Shown piece after piece: positions 37,801 to 51,012 of a DNA stretch of 64,000 bases. The position numbers and the translations under genes were made by a program. The DNA comes from Pseudovirgaria hyperparasitica (taxonomy: Eukaryota). The DNA lies in the NCBI GenBank assembly GCA_010093815.1, contig ML996576.1; one strand, written 5' to 3'. The first letter of the stretch is position 1. Every line of letters begins with the position of its first letter. The notes under the pieces were generated by a model, which did no database searches, was not told where the DNA came from, and saw only the letters and a program-made list of their open reading frames with translations.

Positions 37801-39133
37801 ATCGCTAGGACACACAATTATCGCTGATGTGTTGGCGGTGTAGACTTTGGATCTGCAAATTCGCGGAGCTCTTGTCTCTTGTGCCTTATCTTGCCTTTTT
37901 TTTTAAATCCGAGGTTCCGACCAAAGTGCCACACGGGCAGTGGCTGAAAAGTATCTGCGCCACAAATAACAAACTACGAAATCAAGCTGCACAGGAATTT
38001 TGATACACTAATTACTTTCTGGATTGGCTTAGAGCTTCCTCGACGCTATAATTCAAGACCGGCCAATGTACACACTTTCTACACTTATGAGCCTAGGTAA
38101 GTCCTAACATGTATACCGAAGGCAACCCCGGCAGAGGCTTCGAGCATTACTTTACCTATACAGTTCACAGTCATAGTACATTGCTGTAGTCTACTTCGGT
38201 TCTGCACAAATTAAAGTCTTCGTTTAGTCAATCGCTACATTAACAGCAACCGGGCAAACCTTGGCTAAAATACCTCCAAGCGACAAGGGCGAGTTCTGCT
38301 CCCTCCTTGCTAGCTTATCTAGTTCCTAACAGAATTGATAAGGAGGTCCTTCCGATATACGATCAAGGTGACGTTGTACTTTGTAGGTGGTCCATATCCC
38401 TAATGAATCGCACATCACATGTCACCAGTGCTCGACACGGCTGATAGACTTGCCAAAGCTCATCTCCGTGACGCAAATAACAAAGTACCTTTGCTAGACA
38501 CTCTTTTATTCACACTGCCGACCTTCTGCATTAACCTCTGAATATCGGCTTTGCATCATTAGTAACACAACGAGGCATGTTAGCGTCTTGGAGTTGAAGG
38601 GAAGTACACCAACAATGCCAAAGTAGAGCATGAACGTATCCGATGGCAGCTTCGTACTAGTGACAAAGATATCAGAATTTAGCCATTTTCTAGTGCTAGC
38701 CAGCCGCCAAAGAAAAAGAATGACATTTGCGCAGAATTAGAGTTACATCGCGCAGGTAGGAAGCTAAATCCGACAGCTCATCGGAAGATCACTCATGGAG
38801 GACGCGGATTCCCGGGTTCTGTAGTCTAAGAATTTTGCTAGAGCATCGGACGAGGCTATAGTCTGGGTGGCGTTGTTAATACTACAATAAGATGGGCGGA
38901 GGAAGATAGATAGCAGCCCTAAGACACAGACAAATCCGGATGTTGCATCATCTTTTTCTCGGTTGTTTTTGCTCTCTTATGTAACGATGGACATGTGTTT
39001 GTGAGGTGATCAAGTCGGCATCGGTTTTGTCCGCCGGTTATAACCTGATTTAATGGTGGCGGCGAAGCCCCAGGGTTTTCACGCGACAGTTCAGCCCCGC
39101 CCTCGTGGCTTTGTGAACGCAAACGCCACCACT

Positions 39134-39232
39134 ATCCGTATATCCATAGTTGCATGGGAAAGCTTGGCGCCCAATGCTGCGCTATGTCACCAACACGCGT
39201 TTTTATATGTAATTGACATTTTACAACATTAT
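39134..39232 (+). repeat. Left TIR
   Basis: atccgtatatccatagttgcatgggaaagcttggcgcc...cattat, the inverted copy of 55352-55450. Confidence 0.92.
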
Positions 39233-39336
39233 CGCCGTACTACGCTCGTATAGAGTCTATAACTATATAATATAGTATATAAGAGTTAGTATAGATAATA
39301 TTTAGTATTTTTAACTTACTAATGCGCGCGTATATA

Positions 39337-40433
39337 ATACCCTAAGGTATTATTTATCCCTCTTCTATATACGGACGAATCGACTTCCTTCTATAATATA
39401 ATATACCTATTAATAAGATTATTACTCTTACTAAAGTTAGTAAGAATATAGTATATAGAATAAGGTTTAACCTTAACACGTATAGATAGAGGAATAAACT
39501 AAGGTTATTATATCGTGGTCTACCTCGTTAACTAAGTAATTATATAATATAATAACTACTTAAGAGACTACTTTATAAGGGCTAGTTATACCTTAATAAG
39601 ATAGCTAGATAGGTATATAAAGAGTTTAATCTTACTATATCTAAGTAGCTTCTATCTAAAGAGTTATCTAAGCGAGGCTAGGATTATAAGCTATTAAAAT
39701 ATATTAGTAGTATACGCTTAGAGATAGTATACGCTTTATATCTTAAGAATATAGTAGAGCTACTAGTAGACTCGTATGTGTTCTTAGATAAGGTTATATT
39801 TAATAAGAAAATTAGATAGAGGCGTTGAGCTAGAGTACTAAAAGAATAGACTCTAACTAAGTTTAGTACTCTTAATTAAGGACCTATATATAGCGTCTAT
39901 AGTACTATTATAGTTAATAGTTTTATCTACTATTAGATAAAGAAAGGTTATTTCTTAATAGAAGAGTTCTATACCTAGTTATAGATATATCTACTACCTA
40001 CTCTTAAGGTAAAATACCTCGGGCGTATAATAATAATTATTATAGATAATCTCGTACTTTATACAAACTAATAGATTAAACTACTTATACTTAGTACTAG
40101 CTATATTATACGGTATACGCTACTATACTTATCTAACTTTAACCCTATTAAGCTTATATAGGCGGTAATAAAGACGTAGATTTATAGATGGTATACCTAG
40201 ACACGTTAATAATCTCAAACTTTTAAGGACTTTCTCTATATTATATTTATATATAGCTACGCTAATTAGTAGGCTATATACTTCTTTAAATATACCGTAG
40301 ATAGGTTTTATATTAATAAGACGCTCTAGTAGAGAGTAGTAGCTAATTTAGATAGGTTTAGACGAGGTAGAGATAGTAGAGAGGTTACTAAAGTTAAGGA
40401 GATTAGGAGACTTTTTTATAAGCTTATCGCGTA
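39337..40433 (+). pseudogene. Tc1/IS630-family (DDE_3-like) transposase, RIP-disrupted
   Basis: YVFLDKVIFNKK (de-RIP FLDE..FNE) at ~39775-39810, IIIIDNL at ~40035-40055, YTLLYLSNFNPIKLI* (de-RIP Y.PPYSPDFNPIE..W) at ~40115-40160; ends approximate. Confidence 0.82.
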
Positions 40434-43400
40434 ACTTACTCGTTAGTAAGTTGGCGATGAGTAAGTTACTTAGCTAGCTAGTAATACTCTATATATATAT
40501 CTGTTTTAGGTACTATTTAAGGAGTATATAGTTATAATATATAAATATATACTTCTAAATATACTCTAAGAAACGCTATACCATCCCTATCTAAATATTA
40601 GATATACTAGTTATAGTAAACGCCTAGAGCAAGGATACCGCCTTACTTACCTTAAGTTACTTCTTATACTTATAAAGATATAGACGTGCGTCTAGTAAGA
40701 TACTAAGTAGAATATCTACTATCTTCGCGGCTTTATAATAAGTAGTTCTAGACTAAGTTATCTCCTTAATATAGTAGTATATATAGTAGTTATTATCTAC
40801 GTATAGCCTTAATTCGCGTATCCTAGCCCTTATCTTATTATAACTCTCTATCTCCTTACGCTATTCAAGTACTAATAGTACTATATTAGCTTAGTAACGC
40901 TCTAGTTATACTAGACTACTAAAGGAGATATCCACGGCTCGTGTCTAAGAAGGTGTTTTATAATAAGTCTTATAAGTTAGCGAATAATTCGAACTATAAG
41001 TAGATATAGAATAAGGCTAAGATTAAGGAAACGTAGGTATCTATATAGATATTATAGGATTAAACCCGTAACGCTATAATTCTATCTAATAGAGTAATTA
41101 AGCGTGTATAATCTTGTCTTTATTATCTTAATAATATCTTACCGCCGTCTCCTTACGCTTAATTATCGCCTACCTTATCTACTTATCTTAAAGTCTTATA
41201 TTCTACTTATTATAATCTAACTTAGCCTCTTTACGTTATAATCTCTTTATTTTAAGGCGCTCGAGTATAGAGGTAGTACCTCTATTAACGGAGGTTAATA
41301 GAGTACTTATTCTACTACTAATTCGAGACTTCTTTAGACATGGTTAAGTAATAATCTTATAGAACGACTCTACTAACGGCTTATCTTTAGTTATATCTTA
41401 AACGCCGTTAATAATATTATTAGCCTATAGCTCTAAGATAGTCTTATCTACCTTATAGTAGAGTATTCTATTAGATAAGGTAATCTTATAGTACTAGCCC
41501 TAGTAGTTAGTACACGTCGACTTACTATACTAGAGCTTACTCTAAATATTATTAATAATAACTCCTTGGTTACGGCTATGTTATCTTCTCTCCTTCTATA
41601 ATTTAACTAGCTACTTTAAGTATCTCTTAAGATTTAGATCTATAGATAATAATACTAGACTAGTAGAAACTAGTCTACTAAGTAGTAATGGCGTGGGAGA
41701 CTTCGGATTAGATACTATAGTGTTCTTACGTTCTAGTAGCTAGTAAGACTTATAGATAATAGTATTCTTAAAGATAAGAAATATAGCCTTAAGTAGATCC
41801 TTTCTTACTAGGCTATAGATCTTATTAAGGAAGGTAAGTAGCCTATTCTAGTTAAAGAGACTCTAGTCTAGAAGTATTAACTATTTCCTAGTACGACTAG
41901 ATATTCCGAGCTTTATAGTAAATCCTTAAGTCTTAAATAGCTAGTTATTAGTAGTAAGAACCTTATTAATTAACTACTAAATCTTCTCCTTATATAACTC
42001 TTTCTTAAACTTATACTAGGCCTCTATCTTTAGTAATATAGCCTTAATAATCTTTCTAAAACTATCTACTCTAAGCTACTAGTTTACATAGATAGACTAA
42101 ATTATCTTATTAAGTATAAGAATAGGGTTATTAGATAGTAGTATAGTTAGATAGAATAATAGGGTGTATTCTATTATAGAACGAATTACTACCGAACTCT
42201 TTTAATAGAAATCTAAGAGTATATATATAAAGGGATACCAATCTATCTAGTACGTAACTATTTACCGCCCTTTACGTTACCTTCTAACCCTATTAGCTAA
42301 GGTATATATAGATTAGGTTCTATCTAAGACTAAGTCCTAATAATTATCCCTTCTCTCTAGGAAGCTACTATTAGTAACCTAGATTATTATCTATCTCTAT
42401 ATCTCTATTCTAAGTCTTATAAGACCTTAGTTATTCTCTATACTTCGTCTTAGATATTTACTAATATTTACTAATCTAAGATTTATATAAGCGTTTTTCT
42501 AATAAACTAGATTTTATCTATTCTAACTTCTTATATAGGTAAGATTATCTAATTAGGCCTAGCGTATTACGTAATATAATTAGATAAGCCTAGGTCCTAG
42601 CTATATTAAAATCTTTTCTTAGAAATATTCCTTTCTTTAAAAAACTTCTTAACTCTTTATAGAGTTTTTTAGATTATTAGGTATATTACCCGATCTATAT
42701 AGATATAGATTTATATAGATTTACTATAATTTAGTATAATTTATATAATTTACTAATTTTCGTACCATCCTTAGCTAGTAATAGTATAATTTATAATAAT
42801 CTATATAAATTAGTAATAATTATAATATAGTTTCCCGAAATCTTAACGCTCTAAAGTAATTAGTATAGAAATAGACGCCTTTAAATAATCCCTATCTTAT
42901 ATACGTTACTAATATATTAAAAGCTATTAATCTACTCTAACCTAGGCCGGGCTCTAATAATCTAGCTATATATTATTATAGTTATTACTTTCTATCGTAT
43001 ATTACTTACGGTAGTACTAAATCTATAATATATAGTACTTATATAACTAAGAAGCGTTATTACTTATAGGTATTTAAGTAAGTTTAAAGAACTTTATATA
43101 GATTTACTTATATTAATATAGATTACTACTAGGCCTCTAGTAACCTCTACTAATAAGAAGCGTAGTACTACTAATCGTAACGCCTTAGAGAAGGCTTTCT
43201 ATAAGCTATATACCTAAGGGAAGAGTTACGCCTAGAAGTACGATTCTAATAAGATTTATAAGGATTTATTAGAATCTACTATAGCTATTATTACCGCGAT
43301 TACTAGATATTATTATTTTTCTTAAATTATTATAGATTCTTACTAATATATATTAATCTCTATAATAGTACTAAAATCTCTACTACTTCGGACTTCTTTC

Positions 43401-43586
43401 TATATACTAGTAATATTAAAATTCCTAGAAAAGGTTCTAGTAAAAAGGCTAAGATTCCTTTCTTACGTATACTAAAGAGCTATAAAATTAGAGAAGATAG
43501 CTCTAATCTAGAAGTTTCTATACTAAAGATATATAGTTCTATACTAATTATTAAATCTTTTCGCTAATTTATATAATTCTTAGCGT

Positions 43587-43811
43587 NNNNNNNNNNNNNN
43601 NNNNNNNNNNNNNNNNNNNNNNNNNNNNNNNNNNNNNNNNNNNNNNNNNNNNNNNNNNNNNNNNNNNNNNNNNNNNNNNNNNNNNNNNNNNNNNNNNNNN
43701 NNNNNNNNNNNNNNNNNNNNNNNNNNNNNNNNNNNNNNNNNNNNNNNNNNNNNNNNNNNNNNNNNNNNNNNNNNNNNNNNNNNNNNNNNNNNNNNNNNNN
43801 NNNNNNNNNNN
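43587..43811. other. Assembly gap (N run)
   Basis: Run of n. Confidence 1.
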
Positions 43812-45117
43812 AGTTTATATAGATCTATATAGATCTTTATATTTTCTTTTAGCTTTCTTAATTTTATCTTTCTTTAATAATAACTTCTTTAATCTCTTTA
43901 GTAATCTATACTAATCTATACTAATCGGCACCGACTTTTAATATCTATTTCTCTTAGTAAATTATTTTTCTAAGTCTCTTTTTTAGTTAAATTTTTTAAA
44001 GTTCTAAGTTTAAACTTTCTAAGGAAGTTCCTTAATTTCTTAGAATATTTTAAAGATCTATATCTCTTTTACCTTCTTTCTTTTAGACGGCCATTCTTAG
44101 CGCTAAATTATACTAAAAAATATTAAATTACTATACTTTAGTATAATTCTCTACGATTCCGCGGCTTCCTTTACTAATTACTACTTATATACTAATATTA
44201 CTACTTTACTAATATTTATTATAGGTTCCTAAGTATCTTTATTAGAATTATATCCTTTCTAATAAATCTTATATAGCTACGTACTATCTTTGGCGTGTTA
44301 CTAGCTAAGTATCTACTTAACTTTATAGATATCTATACCTTCTTATATAACTACTTTATATAGTATCTATTTAGAATAATCTAGTAACGATAAGGTATGA
44401 AATAGCTTAAGAAGTATAATATAGAATATATTATATATCTTTAATATAGAAGGGAGTTATAACTTATACGCCTAGTTATTAATTATATAAGTAATCTTAT
44501 ATAGATCTACTATTATATAGTTAAGCTTCTTCTTTAGCCTAATATTATAAATATTCTTACTATTTAGTAAAACTTCATCCCTAATATTAAAGATTATAGG
44601 TTTTCTACCCTTATTATAGTACGATTTACTATAATTCGTAGTATCTTATAGTAACTTTATAATACTTCTTTATATTTAGAATAGTTCTATAGTAATTTCT
44701 ATTACTTTAACGTTAGGTCGTTCTACTTTAAACTAAGTCCCTAAGAACTACGCATTATAGTTCTAACTAAAGTTTACTTTAAATAGACTTACGTAGGTTA
44801 ACGTATATCGGCTATTATTATACGGGAATTCCGCGATATAGACTAACCTTACCTAGTTATTCTACTTATAGTTATAATAAAAAAGAACTTCTTACACCCT
44901 AACGGACTAAACTAGTTAATTTAGGGTAAAACAGCGATTTACATACATTAAACGATAGAGTATACCGAGTATAATAACCTCCGATACACGTGCGTACGTG
45001 CAGCGTATAATACGCGACGATACTAACATGTAGAGATACTATATATATACGCTCGAAGACTCTTCGATAACATAAGTATAGACTATATCTAATAAACGCC
45101 GACACGCTAACCCCCTT

Positions 45118-45148
45118 TTATTAGTTAAGGGCTACCCTTAACTAATAA
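45118..45148. repeat. Shared palindrome copy 6 (just upstream of the ORF1 start of LINE copy 2)
   Basis: TTATTAGTTAAGGG-cta-CCCTTAACTAATAA. Confidence 0.95.
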
Positions 45149-48100
45149 CCATAGCGGCCTTAGGCATCGTAATACCCCGGCATACACCGGATATGCCCCT
45201 ACTAGTACGGTAGAAACGGCCATATAGCGACATTAATATAGATAGCTAGATACCTATCTAAAATATAGGAACTAACTAAGGGTGCGAAGCGCTATAGATA
45301 ACCTAGACTAAGAGGACCCTAAGAGGGGAGACCCTCCTAGATAAAATTAAATACTAGGTAACACGTGTAGAGAGGGACGCCGAGGAGGGAAAGAAGACCC
45401 TTCTTTATATATTCCGGGACCTTATCCGGAACCTAAGAGGAACTACGGAGGAAGAAAGGAAGTCGCTATAAGAGGAACCTAGTAGTAGGCTCGACCGAAT
45501 AGAAGCCAGCCTACGGAGAATCTAGGAAGAGCTATTCTAAGGTAAGCGCCCTAACACGTAGGCTTAGATTATAGTAACACCCGGAGCTACCGCACTAAGG
45601 ACCACTAGGACTATAGATAGAGTATATAGTATACGTGTTATAATCTAGAATAAGAACACGCTAGCGTAGGTCTAACGGGTATCCCTAAAGGAAATTATAA
45701 ATAAGATTAATAAATAGAAAGGAATGTGGTCGAGCGTCGTGGCTACTAAAGTTACGCTAGGTAGGGTAGTACTTACTACTATAACGAATACTACGTAGTA
45801 AAACATCTTACGAGATCCGAACGCGATAGGTAGTATCTTCCCTAGCGCGTCTATTAGGGTAGCTATATACCCGATTATAGTACACGTAGTACCCATACGG
45901 GGATAGGCTATCGGAGCGGAGGATATTACGCGTATAGAATAATCTAACACGCGAAAATACCTAGGGATTAAGATTATAAAAGCGTGGTAGAAGAACCTAT
46001 AGGCGATTAAGACGACGGCGAAAAAATACTCTACTATAATTATAGAGCTCCGAGACCCCGCCCTTATATAATATATTATATAGGAGGGATTCCTAATAGA
46101 AGGAGAGCTCCTTATGGCCGAGCCATGGGATAGGGCATAGGTAATAATATAGTGCTTTAACTATTAAGGGTATAGATATACTATATAAAGGTACTTATAG
46201 AAGACTAAGTGCGGATAGTACCGTAGAGACCACGCCATCTAGAAGTGCCCTTATGAACCGCGAGGAGACGGACTAAGAAATAGGGACATAGCATAGTATT
46301 TAAACTACGACGGGAAATACCCGTTATAGTCGTTAACGTACATAAAACGTAAATAGATTATAGAATATATTCGCACGATAAAAGCGAGAGGCGCGAGATA
46401 GTTATAGAATATAACACCTACCACGAGCCCTTTCTTTATAACACCCCTAACCTCCCCTCCGGAAGGTAGTTAGGCGGGATAGTAGACTATCCCGAAGACG
46501 ATAGGACGACTAAAAGGTATAGTTAAAGCCGCTACCGCGTGAGGATAGTCGCGCCTCTAAGGAATAAGTATATAGATATATATACTCCCTAGTATCTAAT
46601 AAGGGACTAGAATATACTCCGAATTATATAGATAAACATATAATATAAAAGAGAGAACTAGGCGACGCTCCTTAAAGAGACCGGGGCTATAATACTCGCT
46701 ATCTAGGAACCCTATAAACACTACTAGACGAGTAAACCAACCACACACCCCAGATACCACACTATACACCCTCTAGGACTAGAAAGATAAGTTCTCTTCC
46801 ACATTTATAGATTAATACTACTCTTATTATAGTCGTATACCGAGCGCGATAACCTTAGGATAATACTATACCTATAAATAGATATAGGCCCCCTATATAT
46901 ATATAACATATATAACTAATAATATATACTTATACTAGACGAGATACTCGAGGGTACCATAGAACTAGGGTAACATATCCTCCTAGGAGACTTTAACCTC
47001 CACCACCGATAGTAGAGAGGCCTAGCCGTGGTTAGAGAAGAACTTAGAGTAAGGGAACTACACACCCGCTACCACGACTTCCTATACCTACTCACACCTA
47101 TAGAATAAGTTATATAGAAAAAACATAAATAGAACGAAGACGGGTCTATGCTTAACCTTACCTTCGCTATAGAGTATATTAGTTACCGGATCTAATACTA
47201 CCGCCTAGGCTAGGTATAGACGGATTCCGACCACGAATACATGGAAACTATAATAAACGTGTATACCCCGAATAAATAACGGGGATAATAGATATAGAAG
47301 GACACTAACTAGGAAAAGTATCTAAAGGACCTAGAATCGGCGATTCTAGATCCCTCTATAGTTAATGTATCTAACGACCTAGCCATAGACTAGGCCGTAT
47401 AGACACTCCTATAAATATACTAGAATACGAGAAATAAACACGTACTATACTAAATATACCGGTCCCCGGAAGTAAAGGGGATTCCTTAAGTACGGGAAAG
47501 TAGATAAGACGCCCGAAGGCTATATAGACGCGTATACTATATAAGAACACCCGAGTTATAGAAAGAATAGAAGGAAGTAATATAATAACGCGATAAAGTT
47601 CTCCGTAACGAAAGGCGTAAATAGTAGCGTATAATTACTAGTTAATAGACACGATACGTAATAGGGCTATAGCGCATGGCGAAATAGGCCAAGGGCGTAG
47701 ACACTCCGACACCCCCGCCACTTATACCTCCCCTAATATATTAGGGGAGAACATACTCTACGGGCCTTAAGAAAACTAAGGCCCTACGGGAGGCTATATT
47801 CTCTCTCCCGGAACTAGTAGACCTATTAGACGTTCACGGCGCCGAATATCTACACGTAGTAGATATCCCTAAAGAAGTTACGGAGGAGGATATACTTAAT
47901 ATTATTAAGATACTCCTAAATAATAAAGCACCCGGACTAGATAGAATTCTAAATCGATGCCTAAAAAGTACTATAAAAGTGACCCTACCGCTTATTACTC
48001 GTATATTCTAAGTATACGTCACGTAGGGGTACCACCCCTAGAGCTTCCGAGTCGCCTATACTATTATACTCCCGAAGCTAGAAAAGAGCCCTAACTCTCT

Positions 48101-49894
48101 AAAGGAATAGAGACTAATCGCCCTTCTCTCCTACCTAGATAAGATACTAGAGGCTACGATAGCGAAGAAGATAAGCACCGCGGCATAGGAATATAATCTC
48201 CTCTCTCCGAACTAGAAGGTAAAGGTAGATAGCTCCCTAATAATAGCTATCTAATATATTATTAAAGTCGTCTAGGCCGCATAGAAATAGAGACGGGTAG
48301 TATCGCTCCTCTCCCTCGATATGGCCGGAGCGTTTAATAAGGTAAACTATATAAGACTTATTTATAACCTCCGGATAAGACGAATACCAGAATAGATTAC
48401 ACGCTTTATATAGTTATTCCTTATAGGAAGAACAACTTAGATATATATCCCTAGGTACTAGAGCGAATATAAAGAGACGGTATACGGCATCCTATAAGGG
48501 AGCACTATCTCTCTAATCCTATTCCTCTTCTTTATAGTAGACCTTCTTTAAGGAATAAAGTATATAGAGGTAGTCGGATACGCCGATAATATATATCTTC
48601 TAGCCATTAATAATAATACTAACCGAACGTGTAGACGACTAGAATAGGACTATAAGAGGTACCTCTAGTAGGTAAAACGCCATAGAGTAAAGTTCGCCCT
48701 AGAGAAATACTAGCTTATGCACTTCATTAATCGTTAAGAGAAATAGATAACTAGGGAAGGCGAACGACGCCTCTAAATCGACGTATTTAATGAACTACTA
48801 GTATAAAGCATACGCGTGCTCGGAGTCATACTAGATAGTAAGCTTAAATAGGGACTATAAGTAGCATACGCCGTCTCTAGGGCCCTCTAGATAGAAGCCG
48901 CTATACGACGGATTATAGCCTCTATATAGAGAACTACCCGGGATAAGGCACGCTAGCTATATATATCTATAGTACGACCCGCCTTCACGTACGGATATAA
49001 GTGCTAGTACACGGCCCTTATATAGACTAGGCGAATAAAGCTCGAATCCATATAGAACCGTATACTCTATCTCATATTAGGCGTATATAAAGCTACTAAT
49101 ACGGTACTACTACGACGCGAGATAGACGTTATAAGTATATATAACTTCTACTAGATATAGAGGGTGGTATACTTTACTAAATAATAAGTATAGAAACGTA
49201 TAGAAAATGTAGAATATACTTTCGCCGCGCTACGTGTACGAATTAGTATATATTACCGCGTACTCCTATATATAGGCCGGAATTAAATACGGTATAGATG
49301 CTTAATAGAAGCCGACTCTAGCTAAGTAGTATAAGAAGTCCGAGATAACCCGGACGCTCTTCTAGACTAGTAGAGCCTTTAAGAACTCGTGAAAAACATA
49401 CGGTTATAGACTTAAGATAAGTAGAAAGAGGCACTCCGTGCCTACTAGACCTTCTAGTAGGATAGGTACCTAGAGTAGATTCGAGGGCCATAGAAGGAAC
49501 CGAGTAAATAGATGTATAAAGGGCTAACGAAAGCCTAAGCATCTATACTTATCTAAGCCCGAACGGGCGCCATGGGACTCCTATACTACATCTATAAGAG
49601 AGGCGTTCCTAATACCTCTCTATGGTATAAGGCGTACGGCCGGAGAGGTATAATACGCCACTATCTAGCTATATACCCTAACCTCTATATATAACGGTAA
49701 TGGCTTATCCACGTTACGAAGACTTTAGATATCGTATAATAGCTTAATAAGTACTCTAAGGACGTCTCCCGATAGATACTTATATATCTACTACTCCTCT
49801 AGTACTAGTAGACCCGGAAATATATACTAGAAGAGACCCGGTATACGCCGGTAGTAACCCGATATATACCGGAAGAACCCCAGGAGAACCCCGA

Positions 49895-49925
49895 TTATTA
49901 GTTAAGGGCAGCCCTTAACTAATAA
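49895..49925. repeat. Shared palindrome copy 7 (3' UTR of LINE copy 2)
   Basis: TTATTAGTTAAGGGC-a-GCCCTTAACTAATAA. Confidence 0.95.
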
Positions 49926-50784
49926 CCTCCGCATCTACACGTGCTACCTAAGAGTAAAATAATAGTAATATAGGCTATAGGCTAATAGGTGTACCCTATA
50001 GCTATATACTTAAGACAAAATAGAGGTTTAATGAGATATAGTTATAGACATAAGGAAGTTTTTCCCTATAGGGTTTCTTCTTATATAGTGGCTTAGACTA
50101 GAGGAGGCATAGGCCTATAGAGTACTACTCTACCTAGTTATATAATATTATTATTATTATTATTATAGTTATAATATATACGTAAATACGCCTCGACTAT
50201 CTAATTCTACCGCTCTATCTATCTATCTATTTATAGATAGAACGTAGTACTAAGTTTCCGCTTAATTCCTAGTATATAGTAGAAATCCTTCTAAAATTTA
50301 GATATTATCTATAGACCTCTATCTAAAACTATACTATTTAGTATACTATAGAGCCGGACTATGTTACGGAGTAGTATATCTATAAGATCTAGTACTTAGA
50401 TTGTCTTTCTTATAGGGATATAGTATAATATCTTTATAAATCTATCTAGAACTATAAGTAAACTATTATAAATATATCTAGAATACTTACTTAGGGGTAG
50501 ATCTATAATAAAATCTATAGATAATTCCTTCTATACCTCCTTTAGTATAGGTAATAGTCTTAATTTACTATATAGAAAGTATCTATATACTTTCGTATAC
50601 TAGTAAACGTTATACGTTTTTATATAGTCTTTTATATATTTATAAAGACCTAGCTAGTTATACGTCCTTCGGATTAAATCGACCGTCCTTATAATACTAA
50701 AGTACTCTACTAACGCGTAATTATACTATTCCCTTAAAATATCGATTTATAAGCTGTCTTCTAGTACGTAGAGTCGGCCTTAGA

Positions 50785-51012
50785 TATAAGAATAGGGTTA
50801 TTGGATAGTAGTATAGTTAGATAGAACAATGGGGTGTATTCTATCATAGAACGAATTACTACCGAACCCTTTCGGTAGGAATCCGAGAGTATATATATAA
50901 AGGGACGCCGATCTATCTAGTACGTGACTGTTTACCGCCCTTTACGTCACCTCCTATCCCTGTTAGCTAAGGTACGTGTAGGTTAGGTCCTACCTAAGGC
51001 TAAGTCCTAACA
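50785..51012 (-). mobile_element. Solo LTR of Gypsy family B, inserted in the pol gene of another B copy
   Basis: 228-bp match to the B LTRs; own TSD TTAGA (50780-50784 / 51013-51017). Confidence 0.92.

Larger units (their letters stand above)
44880..50162 (+). mobile_element. Tad1-like LINE, copy 2, RIPped, inserted in the Gypsy B integrase
   Basis: 14-bp TSD TTATAGTTATAATA (44866-44879 / 50163-50176); (TTA)n tail; ORF1 with three CCHC-like knuckles (~46150-46340); ORF2 endonuclease LAI*EP, LLGDFNLHH, TDSDH; RT KAPGLD, LDMAGAFN, GIL*GS.ISLILF, YADN. Confidence 0.93.

Noticed and set aside
42343..43586. Possible accessory ORF in the long 3' region of Gypsy B (and similarly of Gypsy C at 20560-21220 and 26583-27660)
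   Set aside because: Too heavily RIPped; I could not recover a consistent frame or motif by eye.
4894..49542. Short ORF-track ORFs inside AT-rich blocks (4894, 6811, 7101, 7789, 13768, 23304, 44899, 45672, 49318)
   Set aside because: They are stop-free fragments or antisense shadows of RIPped TE genes, not independent genes.
3030..49925. Palindromic repeats as a CRISPR array or bacterial terminators
   Set aside because: The copies are dispersed kilobases apart inside eukaryotic retroelements, with no spacer array, cas genes or U-tract.
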